This document shows positions 1 through 9,316 of a stretch of 64,000 nucleotides of DNA, piece by piece. The stretch spans positions 93,164-157,163 of the forward strand of contig CAZERF010000002.1 of assembly GCA_964515375.1 (NCBI GenBank), in the 5' to 3' direction. Under the pieces are notes generated by a model. The model worked only from the letters and a program-made list of their open reading frames with translations, searched no databases and was not told the origin of the DNA. Source of the stretch: an uncultured Candidatus Saccharibacteria bacterium. GTDB lineage: Bacteria; Patescibacteriota; Minisyncoccia; Phycocordibacterales; UBA6899. Positions within the stretch are counted from its first letter, which is position 1. Each line of letters starts with the position of its first letter. Both the position numbers and the translations under genes were made by a program.

Positions 1-1701
1 GTCTGTGCCCGAACGCGCTGTTCCGTTGGCTGTTGCATAATCTACTGTTGTACTTTTCGAGAGGTCGCCACTGCGTCGCACGGTGAGTGTGATGGAGGTA
101 CTTTCTTCTTTTGTTGTGTAGCTTGATGTGGCAAAAGAATATGCTGGAGCCGTAATGTTTGATTCGCTGAGACATTGCCCCTCACGGAGAAGTATTGCTC
201 CAGGGTGAAATATACTGTTTCCTTCGTCAAGATAGAGACCCCCCGTATAGTCGCCGTTAAACTTGATATTTAAATAGTAAATATCACGCGAAACATCAAT
301 GACACAACGAAGCGCTCCTGTCCCTATTGAAATGGTCGGATTTATTGTTCCTGAGGTTCCACAGCGTGGTAGATCGGGATTCATATCCCCCGGCGTTGGT
401 GTTAAGGTCATCTTGACACCCGCTCCGCCTATCGCTCCTCCGGTGAGACTCTTGAGGTTAAAGCCCCCCGCGTTTGTACTTAGTGTTTTTGAGTGATCCA
501 CAAAGTAGCGAATACTTAAGATGTGCCCCGGAGTATTCTTAATGCTCACCGTTTTTCCTTCAAAAGCTCCATTATAGACTCCAGAAACAACACACGGTTC
601 ATTGGTTGAATCGACTGACCCTCCATTTACACACCCGCTTACCGCTGTCCATGTTGCCGGTCTCCCATTGACCGTACTCTGGTCGACGACATAGATGGGC
701 GTGATCGCGTTGATGTCCGGACTCCATAATCCGAAACCTGGGTCACGCAGAAGGCAGGATTCTGATGCCCCCGCATTTCCATTTTGACTGTCGATCGTTC
801 GTGTCGCAAGTGTTGTTCCTTCCGTTGCTGTCCAGAAATTAAACGCACATGATGTTAAATCGGAACAGATTGTGTTAGTTGTTCCTTTCTCGATATTTGC
901 AATATTGATGTAGTAGCGAGTGTTGGGTTTGAGGATACAATATTCATCAGGATCTGATGTGTTGTCCATTGAGTATTTGATCACACTTGCCCCGTTGTTT
1001 TGCGCCACACAGGCTGGAGGTTTGGCAAATGCATTTGTGTCACCGGCGATCTCTGAAAGAATGATGAGTTTGCCGAGAGCTGTTGTGTCAGCAATGCTTG
1101 CATTGATAATGCCCTTGAATGCTCCTGAACCGGGAGAAGAGAAGCCAAAAGCGGTAACTTGCGTGGGGTCAGAAGAGAATGATTCCGGCGCTATTTGTTG
1201 GGTGGGAAATTCTGTCATAACACAACCCAACGTGTCTGATGCTGTGCATGAGAATCCGTCGTTCTTTTGATTTGGGACAAAGGTTGTGTTTGAGATCATT
1301 GCCTGTGTTGCACTAGGGGATGATGGTGGAGAAATTGCAATTTTTGCTTTATTCCCGACAAGTTGAGGGTTGATCGTGTTGAGAATGACCCATGAACCAA
1401 TAGCTAAAAGGAGTCCAAAAATAGCATTTGTGATACATTGTCGTGCCTCACTTTTTCCTTGCGCTTCGCCGCTTCCCATTAATTTTATCCCACAGATCAC
1501 AAGCATAAGGACCGCCAAGATTCCTGCGATTCCGATTATGGTGACATAAATCCCGTTCAAATATTGAGAAAGAGTTACCTTCCCTGAAAGTGTTCCAATT
1601 GGCGTGATGAGTTCATAGGTCGGGTCGCCTGCAATGGCAAGCATTGGTGGTGTGGCTAATGCGGCGAGAATGGACAGAATGAGAAAAAAAGAGCGGCGCA
1701 T
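1..1701 (-). CDS. Large secreted/membrane-anchored surface protein, partial (C-terminus runs off the window start). The N-terminus has signal peptide + two TM helices in a VirB2/TrbC-pilin-like topology, followed by a long Ser/Thr/Gly/Asn-rich extracellular region.
   Basis: Open minus-strand frame from ATG at 1701 to position 1 with no stop. Absent from the ORF track because it is incomplete. N-term reads MRRSFFLILSILAALATPPMLAIA...GIYVTIIGIAGILAVLMLVICGI...NAIFGLLLAIGSWVILNTI. Sits 25 nt downstream of the ruvA stop. Confidence 0.6.
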   Translation of the reverse strand, partial: MRRSFFLILSILAALATPPMLAIAGDPTYELITPIGTLSGKVTLSQYLNGIYVTIIGIAGILAVLMLVICGIKLMGSGEAQGKSEARQCITNAIFGLLLAIGSWVILNTINPQLVGNKAKIAISPPSSPSATQAMISNTTFVPNQKNDGFSCTASDTLGCVMTEFPTQQIAPESFSSDPTQVTAFGFSSPGSGAFKGIINASIADTTALGKLIILSEIAGDTNAFAKPPACVAQNNGASVIKYSMDNTSDPDEYCILKPNTRYYINIANIEKGTTNTICSDLTSCAFNFWTATEGTTLATRTIDSQNGNAGASESCLLRDPGFGLWSPDINAITPIYVVDQSTVNGRPATWTAVSGCVNGGSVDSTNEPCVVSGVYNGAFEGKTVSIKNTPGHILSIRYFVDHSKTLSTNAGGFNLKSLTGGAIGGAGVKMTLTPTPGDMNPDLPRCGTSGTINPTISIGTGALRCVIDVSRDIYYLNIKFNGDYTGGLYLDEGNSIFHPGAILLREGQCLSESNITAPAYSFATSSYTTKEESTSITLTVRRSGDLSKSTTVDYATANGTARSGTD

Positions 1702-1726
1702 GTTAAATGGGTTAATGATTGCTAAG

Positions 1727-2305
1727 TTAAGAGGGCTTACCCCCGAGCGCTTGAAGCGCTTTGCGAATAATGGTTTGCGTGGAGTCTCCTTCTTCGATGA
1801 TCGAGCGGACGAGTTCGCGGACGTCGCGTGGCGGATATCCAAGTGCCTCGAGTGCCTCGAGTGCCTCTGTTTCCGCTTCGTGTGTGACGGTTGCCGTGTG
1901 GGGGATAAGCACGGTCTTGTCTTTGAGTTCAAGGACGATCTTCTGGCCAAGCTTTTTCCCAATTCCCGATACTTTGGTGAGGTAGTCACCGTTGCCGCTG
2001 TCGATGGCGTGAAGTAGCGTTGCGACATCCGCGAGTGAGAGAATGTTGAGCGCGCTTTTGGGTCCGATACCCGACACGCTGATCAAGAGTCGAAAAAGTT
2101 CGAGCTCGTTACGCTCGGTAAATCCGTAGAGATCGAGCGCGTCCTCGCGTACGGCAAGATGGGTCCAGAATTGGTGGATCTCGCCGACCCCGGACGCAAG
2201 CGCGGTCTGGGTGGTCACAAAAACGGTATATCCGACACCGCCAACTTTCACGATAAGCGTTCGTTCATTGTTGTAGACGACCATTCCTTCAAGTGTTCCG
2301 ATCAT
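1727..2305 (-). CDS. ruvA: Holliday junction branch-migration protein RuvA
   Basis: MIGTLEGMVV...ERTLIVKVGGVGYTVFV...ELELFRLLISVSGIGPKSALNILS is the RuvA OB fold plus HhH motifs. The start was moved to the internal ATG at 2305, which is where RuvA homology begins. Confidence 0.85.
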   Translation of the reverse strand: MIGTLEGMVVYNNERTLIVKVGGVGYTVFVTTQTALASGVGEIHQFWTHLAVREDALDLYGFTERNELELFRLLISVSGIGPKSALNILSLADVATLLHAIDSGNGDYLTKVSGIGKKLGQKIVLELKDKTVLIPHTATVTHEAETEALEALEALGYPPRDVRELVRSIIEEGDSTQTIIRKALQALGGKPS

Positions 2306-2448
2306 AGCTTCCAGTATAGCGTATTTCAGGGAAACAGATATGCTGTGGCGTGGACAACAAGAGACGACGCCCTGCATCGCCCTCCCCTCACCGTTTGAGG
2401 GACCGGAGACTTGCTTTTTTTGTCTCAATACGCTAGGATTTCCCCATT

Positions 2449-2727
2449 ATGGCAATAACTTCATCAGCGAAACGAGCGATCCGAACTTCGGCGCGCCAAC
2501 GCGTCTATAACGTGCGTCGGCTTGATACGATGCGCGAGGGCGTGAAAGACATCAAGAAGCTCGCGACCGCGAAGAATTTCGCCGAAGCGGAGAAAGCGCT
2601 CCCCTTCGTCTACAAGGCGATCGACAAGGCGGCTAAGCGTGGAGTGATCAAAAAGAACACGGCCGCCCGAAAGAAATCTCGCATTGTCGCGTTCTTGCGC
2701 AAGAAGCAGGACAAGGCACAGGCCTAA
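2449..2727 (+). CDS. rpsT: 30S ribosomal protein S20
   Basis: 92 aa, basic and all-alpha. MAITSSAKRAIRTSARQRVYNVRRL... fits the S20 N-terminus. A terminator follows. Confidence 0.8.
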   Translation: MAITSSAKRAIRTSARQRVYNVRRLDTMREGVKDIKKLATAKNFAEAEKALPFVYKAIDKAAKRGVIKKNTAARKKSRIVAFLRKKQDKAQA

Positions 2728-2730
2728 CAA

Positions 2731-2763
2731 AAAAAGAACACCCGACGGGTGTTCTTTTTTTAT
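2731..2763. terminator. Bidirectional intrinsic terminator between rpsT (+) and the response regulator (-)
   Basis: Hairpin gaacacccg-acg-ggtgttc with an A-run before and a T-run after. Confidence 0.7.
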
Positions 2764-2796
2764 CGCAGAGAACAGAAGTGTTAAGTATAAAAAGAG

Positions 2797-3180
2797 TTAT
2801 TTTCCGTTCGCTTCGATCTGACTTTGAACCATCTCGGCGACCTCATGGGGAAGGATGTTGGATTTGATGAGATAGGAACAGGCTCCAAGCGAGACACCAC
2901 GTTCGATCTCGTCGCGCCCTCCCAGATTTGAGAGAATGATGACGGGAATGTCTTGCGTCGCGGGGTCCCCTTTGAGTTGTTCGAGGATCTCAAATCCGCC
3001 CATGTCGGGAAGCATGATGTCGAGAAGAATAAGATGCGGGTGTTCTTGTCGTGCCTTGGCGAGCCCATCGGCTCCGGTCCCTGCAGTGAGAACAGAGAAA
3101 CCGCTCTCGATCAGCTTGCCCGAGACAAGACTCGAAAGAAATGCATCATCTTCGATTGAAAGAACCATCTTTGTTTCCAT
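2797..3180 (-). CDS. Single-domain response regulator (CheY-like receiver)
   Basis: 127 aa. Contains DD...LILLDIMLPDMGGFEIL...IPVIILS...K, the receiver-domain acidic pocket, phospho-Asp and conserved Lys. Confidence 0.8.
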   Translation of the reverse strand: METKMVLSIEDDAFLSSLVSGKLIESGFSVLTAGTGADGLAKARQEHPHLILLDIMLPDMGGFEILEQLKGDPATQDIPVIILSNLGGRDEIERGVSLGACSYLIKSNILPHEVAEMVQSQIEANGK

Positions 3181-3504
3181 GGTAAGTATGTCCTTCAGTA
3201 TAGCGGGGAATCGTCACTCCTGCAAAGTCTCTGGGGTGGAGGCGATCAGACCGATTTGTTGTTGTCTGAGAAAAGAAATTTACTTTTAGAGAGCAATGAC
3301 CTTGTCGGAGGATCCAATGAGTTCAATAAGTTCGCTCATGTTGGAGATGGGATACATTACGCTTTCGGGGATTCCGTATAATGAGAGGTAATTTCCGCTC
3401 ATATTTTTGCCGGAAAACAATGCCTAATCCTTCGCTTCCTGGGGGTGCCATGCGGTGCTTTTTCGTATAAGAAAAAACTCGGAATTGCTTCCGAGTTCTC
3501 CTTG

Positions 3505-3576
3505 TCCCCTCGCTAGGAATCGAACCTAGATTTTGAGTTCCGCAAACTCATGTCCTATCCATTGAACGACGAGGAG
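3505..3576 (-). tRNA. tRNA-Arg (anticodon GCG, read by eye)
   Basis: Cloverleaf folded by hand. Acceptor CTCCTCG/CGAGGGG with one G-U pair; D-stem GTTC/GGAC; anticodon stem TGAGT/ACTCA with loop TTGCGGA; T-arm CTAGG-TTCGATT-CCTAG. A hairpin with a T-run follows downstream on the minus strand. Confidence 0.6.
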
Positions 3577-3662
3577 AGATATATCCGTATTGGTGATGCG
3601 GATAGGGACACACTACCATAACCGCTCTCTTCGGTCAAAGGAACGCGAAACAGAAAGACCGG

Positions 3663-4121
3663 CTAGAAGCCGATCTTTTCCATGAGGACTTGAACGAAGG
3701 ATTCGTGGAGTTCTTTCTCGGGAAGATATTGTGCGAGTTCTGCGCGGAGTTCTTCGGTATCAAGGTCGTCGGGGAGGTGGATGACGATGTGCGGCATCAG
3801 TTTTCTGTTCGAGTCGAGAATCAGACGGTTGTCATTCATGTAGTCAATGATCGCAAATCCTTCGAGGCTGCTGTAGGGGTAAAGTGATTTCCCGAATCGA
3901 ATACCGCTCTTGCGGATCTCTGCTGTCACAATATCCGGGCGACGGGCGGCGGTGAGAATGAAGGTGAGTGCTCCGATAAAGATGAGCGCCATCACAAGAT
4001 AACTGCGTGCCATGAACGCGACAACAAGGAGCGCTCCGGCGATGATGATGACCGAGGCATACCAGTCGTTCGTCTTTTCAAAATAGATGTGTTCGGGTGT
4101 TTCCCATTGCATAGTGGTCAT
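3663..4121 (-). CDS. Hypothetical small membrane protein (2 TM)
   Basis: 152-aa ORF with two hydrophobic helices. No recognisable domain. Confidence 0.45.
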   Translation of the reverse strand: MTTMQWETPEHIYFEKTNDWYASVIIIAGALLVVAFMARSYLVMALIFIGALTFILTAARRPDIVTAEIRKSGIRFGKSLYPYSSLEGFAIIDYMNDNRLILDSNRKLMPHIVIHLPDDLDTEELRAELAQYLPEKELHESFVQVLMEKIGF

Positions 4122-4216
4122 ATTGTATCACGCTTCAAATAGGGTAGGGAAGGAAAGTTGTGCAGTGTTTGCGGAATCCCGCGGTTTTTTGTAGCATGTG
4201 TGGATAGTTTGAGTAG

Positions 4217-4306
4217 GGAGGAGTGGCCGAGTGGTTTAAGGCAACGGACTTGAAATCCGTCGTTCGCGAAAGTGAACCGTGAGTTCGAATCTCACCTCCT
4301 CCGCCA
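4217..4306 (+). tRNA. tRNA-Ser (anticodon TGA)
   Basis: Acceptor GGAGGAG/CTCCTCC; anticodon stem ACGGA/TCCGT with loop CTTGAAA; long variable arm; T-arm GTGAG-TTCGAAT-CTCAC; CCA is encoded. Confidence 0.85.
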
Positions 4307-4441
4307 GTTGGGAAAATGCAAATTTGGAGAAGACGGCTCGCGGCGCGAGACGCGCCGCTCGCACAGAATTTGAAAGGGCTTTTTTGGCGAAAAGGAAAAG
4401 GATTTATCAAGAAGGGCAAAAGAAATTTTTTCATAAATGCG

Positions 4442-5599
4442 ATGCGAGTTACTAAAAAGAAATTTTTCATAAGTTTAGGAATTTTATTCCTACTTCTTTT
4501 AATCATTGGTTCTAAAGATAAATCGGAAAAATCGGTAATTCCAGAAAACACTGGAAATACTACCAAGGTTGAAGCAACAGCCAGGAAATTTTACATGGGT
4601 TTTACACCGTGGCCACCAGATTTTTCTGATCAAGCAGTTAAAGGTTCGTATAAATTTATTGATGATCATGCTGATATTATTGCTCATCATCTAGACAATG
4701 GTATACCTTGGCAAGAAAGTCTTGAAGGAAAAGAATTTTCTAAACATCTTCGTGACCAATGGGCGCTAAGAAAATCCAATACCACAAATGATCATAAGGT
4801 TTATCTTGCTATTACTCCCATTAATACCGATAGGAATGGTTTAGCTCCATACTGGGGAGAAACTGATAATATTCCCTTATCTGAACCTTGGAAATCATAT
4901 GGCTTCAATGATGAAAGAGTCAAAAAAGCTTATCTTAACTATGCAATTCGAGCGATAGATTATTTCAAACCGGACTATATTGCCACTGGTATCGAATCGA
5001 ACATTTTAATTTCCAAGGCTCTGAGTAAATGGAATGATTATTTGGAATTAAATGAATATATCTACAAAGAACTAAAGAAAAAATATCCTAAACTATTAAT
5101 TTTTAATACGATCCAATACGAACATTTAAGAGCAATCGAGAATGATGCAAAACCAAACAGACATTTACAAATTCCTGAAGTAAAAAAGTTAATGCAGAAT
5201 AGCGATCTATTTGCTATAAGCACTTATCACTTTGGAACCGCTCATAATCCAGCAAATTCAAATTACTTTGGGCCTGCTCTATCATTCGGCAAACCTTTAG
5301 CTGTAGGAGAAATGGGTGCGATGTCGAAAGATATAACTATCTTTGGCAACAAAATTCATGCTAACGAGCAAGACCAATCAGAATTTATTAATTTCATATT
5401 AAGTGAAGCTAATAAAAATAATTTTCTTTTCGTCATAAATTTCGTGAATATTGATTATGATAAATTGCTCGGAAAACTTCCAAACGAAGTCAAGGAAGTT
5501 GCAAAAGCTTGGGTTAATACCGGATTAGTCCGCTCGGACTATTCTCCTAAACCAGCTCTTTCGGTGTGGGACGCCTATTATCATCTTCCACGTCGTTAA
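4442..5599 (+). CDS. Secreted hypothetical protein, possibly a TIM-barrel glycoside-hydrolase-like enzyme. The gene is AT-rich.
   Basis: Signal peptide MRVTKKKFFISLGILFLLLLIIGS. GC content is far below that of the flanks. Lies immediately downstream of tRNA-Ser. The start was moved to the ATG at 4442. Confidence 0.55.
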   Translation: MRVTKKKFFISLGILFLLLLIIGSKDKSEKSVIPENTGNTTKVEATARKFYMGFTPWPPDFSDQAVKGSYKFIDDHADIIAHHLDNGIPWQESLEGKEFSKHLRDQWALRKSNTTNDHKVYLAITPINTDRNGLAPYWGETDNIPLSEPWKSYGFNDERVKKAYLNYAIRAIDYFKPDYIATGIESNILISKALSKWNDYLELNEYIYKELKKKYPKLLIFNTIQYEHLRAIENDAKPNRHLQIPEVKKLMQNSDLFAISTYHFGTAHNPANSNYFGPALSFGKPLAVGEMGAMSKDITIFGNKIHANEQDQSEFINFILSEANKNNFLFVINFVNIDYDKLLGKLPNEVKEVAKAWVNTGLVRSDYSPKPALSVWDAYYHLPRR

Positions 5600-5902
5600 G
5601 AGCGAGAATTTGCCATTTTTCGGTTGCACGACATCTTACTCCGGAACTTTTCCGTGACGCGTGGGATCATCTCTCGAACCTCCCGACTCCGGTGTTTCAT
5701 TCAACGTTTGATAACCTCACGTTGTGTGTCCTTGAGCATGAAGTGTGGAGACCAAAGCGCGCGTTTGTGTTACCTTCGTAGCGTCCGAGGAGTATCACGG
5801 AGTTACTCGAGATACCTTCACGTTATGTCGTAATTGTGGTACGGTGCATATGATGCGTGCATGTTTTGAGAACACACGGCGTTGTCGTAATTTCCCATTT
5901 TC

Positions 5903-8116
5903 ATGAAACGACGCGCCATTATATTCTCACTCCTCGTTGTTACACTCTTTGGAGGGATTTTTTATGTACAGACATTTTCTCGCGTCGAGCATGTGCGCCT
6001 GAATTTCTTTGCCGACCTATCGTATCGTTCGGATATCCTCTCGCAACAGATCATCGAGAAGATATCAGAAAAGGAGTCGGATATTTCCTTCATCGGACAG
6101 ATTCTCGAAAAGATCGCGCAATATGCCAAGGTCATTGATATTGCGTATTACGATCGCACGGGAGCACTTGCTGCGTACAAGAAAAACCCCCTTTTTGAAG
6201 GAACTGGTCATGTTCCTTCCGTCGAAGAGAACATGCTTCAGCAAGAGACCCTCCCCGTTGCGGAATTCGCAAAGGGGTATGCGCGATTTCTGTATCCTGT
6301 TTCGAATGAACGCGGTGAGATTTTTGGTTACCTGTTATTCACACAAGATACTACCTATATTGATGAGCACATTCGTGGTACGTGGCGTGACCGAAGTATC
6401 ATTTTCTTCTCACTTATCATCGGTCTCTTCGCCTTCGCCTACTTTCTTTTTTATGTTTATGTTATGCGATCGTCCTCGGTGGCGGTCGCTTTGCTTCGGG
6501 ATGTGAGAAAGAGTGTTGATCATTCCGGAGAGATTCCTCGAAATGTTTTCCCTTTTTCGCCTGAATTGAATAGTGAGATCGCGCTTACGGTGCAGAGTTT
6601 CTTGCGTGCGCGACAAGGCGCGCGAGAAGAAGCGGATCTGCGTTACAAGATCATTGACTCTCCTTGGACATTCTCGCGTTTGCAGCGCTTTTTTGCGAAC
6701 CGTATGCCAGAACGCAAATTGATCAATGTGTCGAATCGTCAACCTTATGTCCACACCGAGTCGGGAGGAAAGACTGTTGTCGTGCAGCCTGCGCACGGAC
6801 TCATTGCGTCGTTGGATGAGATGATGAAAGCCTGTGGTGGAACGTGGATCGCGCATGGTGCGGGGAGTAGGGATAAAGATGCGGTTGATCATGATGACAA
6901 GATCGCCGTCCCACCCGACGAGCCAAAATATTTTTTGAAGCGTGTCTGGCTTTCTGAAGATGAAGTGCGGGGTCATTATGTCGGTTTCTCAAACGAGGCG
7001 CTGTATCCTCTTTGTCTTATGACACACAACAGACCGATCTTTCGAACAGACGATTGGAATGCGTATAAGGCGGTCAATGAAAAGTTCGCGTCTGCTGTAA
7101 TTGCAGAGATCGCTGACGAGCGGGACCCGATCATTTTTATCCATGATCTCCATTTTGCTCTTTTGCCGCAGCTCATCAAGAAAGAACGTCCCGATGCGGG
7201 AGTGATTCTTTTTTGGCATCATCCGTGGCCGTCAGCGGAGCAGTTTAGCATCCTTCCTTGGAAGAAGGAGGTTTTGACCGGACTCTTGTCCGCGGACGTG
7301 CTTTGTTTCCATGTGCATCATTTTTGCAACAACTTCACCGAAACGGTCAAGAAGGAGCTTGAGGCAAAGATCGATACTGAGAATTCCGCAGTTTCTCTTG
7401 ATGGGAAAGAAACACTGGTGAAGCATTTTCCCATTTCGATTCCCTTCACGAATCTTCATTCTGATACACCACACGATCAGAAGAGAGTTGACCGTATTGC
7501 GGGGGAAGATCTAGGTGGCCTCCGCGTTATACTCGGTGTTGATCGAATGGATTACACAAAGGGGTTGATCGAACGTCTGAAGGGTGTCGAGCTTTTCTAC
7601 GAAACGTATCCTGAGTTCAAGAAGACCTCGGTATTTGTGCAGGTGGCGGCGCCAAGCAGAGAAGCTGTTTTGAAATATCGACAATACGCGGAACAGGTGC
7701 TTGCGGAAGTTGATCGCATTAACAAGAAGCTCCAGACCAACACGTGGAAACCAATCATCTTTTTGCACAAACAGGTTCCGCAACGTGACCTTGTTCACCT
7801 CTATCGCAAGGCCGAGATCTGTCTCGTGACCTCGCTTCATGATGGGATGAATCTTGTTGCAAAGGAATATGTTGCGCAGCATACCGATGAAGGAGTGCTC
7901 ATTTTGAGTGAGTTCACCGGAGCTGCTCGTGAGTTACATACGGCCATCAAGATCAATCCCTATTCGACATCTGACATTGTCGAGGCAATCCATTCAGCGT
8001 TTTTGATGGAAGGACATGAACGAAGGACACGATTGGATGCAATGCGTAGCAAGATCGCGCAGTATAATGTTTTTCGTTGGGCGGCGGATATCTTTGATGC
8101 GTTCTTAAATAAATAA
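5903..8116 (+). CDS. otsA: Alpha,alpha-trehalose-phosphate synthase (GT20, OtsA-like) fused to an N-terminal TM - periplasmic domain - TM - linker sensor-like module
   Basis: C-terminal ~480 aa carries GT20 motifs: VSNRQP, WIAHGAG, IIFIHDLHFALLP, ILFWHHPWPS, ILGVDRMDYTKGL, FVQVAAPSR, HDGMNLVAKEY, LILSEFTGAA, INPYS. N-terminal ~250 aa has TM helices at about residues 5-22 and 167-187, with a predicted periplasmic domain between them. Confidence 0.85.
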   Translation: MKRRAIIFSLLVVTLFGGIFYVQTFSRVEHVRLNFFADLSYRSDILSQQIIEKISEKESDISFIGQILEKIAQYAKVIDIAYYDRTGALAAYKKNPLFEGTGHVPSVEENMLQQETLPVAEFAKGYARFLYPVSNERGEIFGYLLFTQDTTYIDEHIRGTWRDRSIIFFSLIIGLFAFAYFLFYVYVMRSSSVAVALLRDVRKSVDHSGEIPRNVFPFSPELNSEIALTVQSFLRARQGAREEADLRYKIIDSPWTFSRLQRFFANRMPERKLINVSNRQPYVHTESGGKTVVVQPAHGLIASLDEMMKACGGTWIAHGAGSRDKDAVDHDDKIAVPPDEPKYFLKRVWLSEDEVRGHYVGFSNEALYPLCLMTHNRPIFRTDDWNAYKAVNEKFASAVIAEIADERDPIIFIHDLHFALLPQLIKKERPDAGVILFWHHPWPSAEQFSILPWKKEVLTGLLSADVLCFHVHHFCNNFTETVKKELEAKIDTENSAVSLDGKETLVKHFPISIPFTNLHSDTPHDQKRVDRIAGEDLGGLRVILGVDRMDYTKGLIERLKGVELFYETYPEFKKTSVFVQVAAPSREAVLKYRQYAEQVLAEVDRINKKLQTNTWKPIIFLHKQVPQRDLVHLYRKAEICLVTSLHDGMNLVAKEYVAQHTDEGVLILSEFTGAARELHTAIKINPYSTSDIVEAIHSAFLMEGHERRTRLDAMRSKIAQYNVFRWAADIFDAFLNK

Positions 8117-8117
8117 C

Positions 8118-9278
8118 ATGAAGATCTTTACGAATGCGCAAGATAAGGCGGTTGGAGGAATCGTAAGAATGATGCATACGTTCGTTTCGGGGGCACTGCG
8201 TTCCGATCCGTCACTTTCTTTTCACTTTGCGATCGTTTCAAGCAGTGCAGAGCTTCACGGAAAAGACGAGCAACGCTCTTTTGGTGTGCATGAGGGGTTT
8301 CCCGCCGATCGGATGATCTTGCCTAGTACTTATTATACAGAGGTTGTCACGCCCGCGAGTTCTCTCTTCGAGCTTTCCGACGGGATTGCGGGGTTGATCG
8401 ATTTCTATGCTGAAAGCATCCGCCGTGCGCGCCCTGACGTAGTGTTGATAAACGGAACATATTATCGACCGTGGGCACTGCTTCAGGCTGCACGGCGCAC
8501 GGCCACGCCTTATGTCGTCTTTGTGCATGGATCGGTCGTTGAGGAAGCAAAGGGTTCGCCCGAACCCTTGCTTAAACTTGTGAGCGCAATGGAGCGAGAT
8601 TTCTTCGATCCGTCCGCATCGTACATTTTTCCTTCACGAGTTGCTCTTGAGCGAACCTCGTTCGGAGAACAGGCTGACCAAGGGAGGTTCCATGTCATTA
8701 GTAATGCATTGGATGAGACATTTTTCATCTCGGGACATTCTCCGGTCGGAGACCCGATCCGTGTCGGCTTCGTGTTGCGCTGGGAAGAGGTAAAGAACAC
8801 GAAGTTCATTCTTGATTTTATTGATCATAATGAGCGCGCATCTCACTCGTACTCCGTTGTTGTGGTGTCGGATATTGATGCGTCTCGTGCTGATCAGTAT
8901 CGACGCTCTCATGCATTTTTTGCCCCGCCAAAGACAAAAGAGGAAATGGTGCGTTTTTATAAAGAAATCGATATCATCGTGAACCCTTCTTATTTTGAGA
9001 CGTTCGGATATGTGCCCGCTGAAGCGGTTGCAACAGGAACTCCGGCACTTGTCTCTCTTCGTCAGGGTATTTCAGAAGTGTTTCTGCGCTCTGGCTTGGA
9101 GCGTTTGGTTGTCGATCTTGACGAAGTGGCGCAAGTTTACGAGATCATCCCGCGCCTTGCGCGCGAGAGTGTGACTCCCGCGGAGATCGATCGGTTGCAT
9201 GCCGCACTCGACCCGCTCCACATCTCACAAGCGATCATTATGGTCTTGAAAGACGCATGCACAGAGTGTCAAGCATGA
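8118..9278 (+). CDS. Glycosyltransferase family 4 (GT-B fold)
   Basis: NPSYFETFGYVPAEAVATGTPALVS is the GT4 E-x7-E region. Start lies 2 nt after the otsA stop, indicating an operon. Confidence 0.7.
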   Translation: MKIFTNAQDKAVGGIVRMMHTFVSGALRSDPSLSFHFAIVSSSAELHGKDEQRSFGVHEGFPADRMILPSTYYTEVVTPASSLFELSDGIAGLIDFYAESIRRARPDVVLINGTYYRPWALLQAARRTATPYVVFVHGSVVEEAKGSPEPLLKLVSAMERDFFDPSASYIFPSRVALERTSFGEQADQGRFHVISNALDETFFISGHSPVGDPIRVGFVLRWEEVKNTKFILDFIDHNERASHSYSVVVVSDIDASRADQYRRSHAFFAPPKTKEEMVRFYKEIDIIVNPSYFETFGYVPAEAVATGTPALVSLRQGISEVFLRSGLERLVVDLDEVAQVYEIIPRLARESVTPAEIDRLHAALDPLHISQAIIMVLKDACTECQA

Positions 9279-9316
9279 CCTCTTCGTGTTAGTATGATGG
9301 ATACTTAAATTATTTT

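Noticed and set aside
3285-3401. 38-codon minus-strand ORF between the response regulator and tRNA-Arg
   Set aside because: Too short, with no RBS or conservation evidence.
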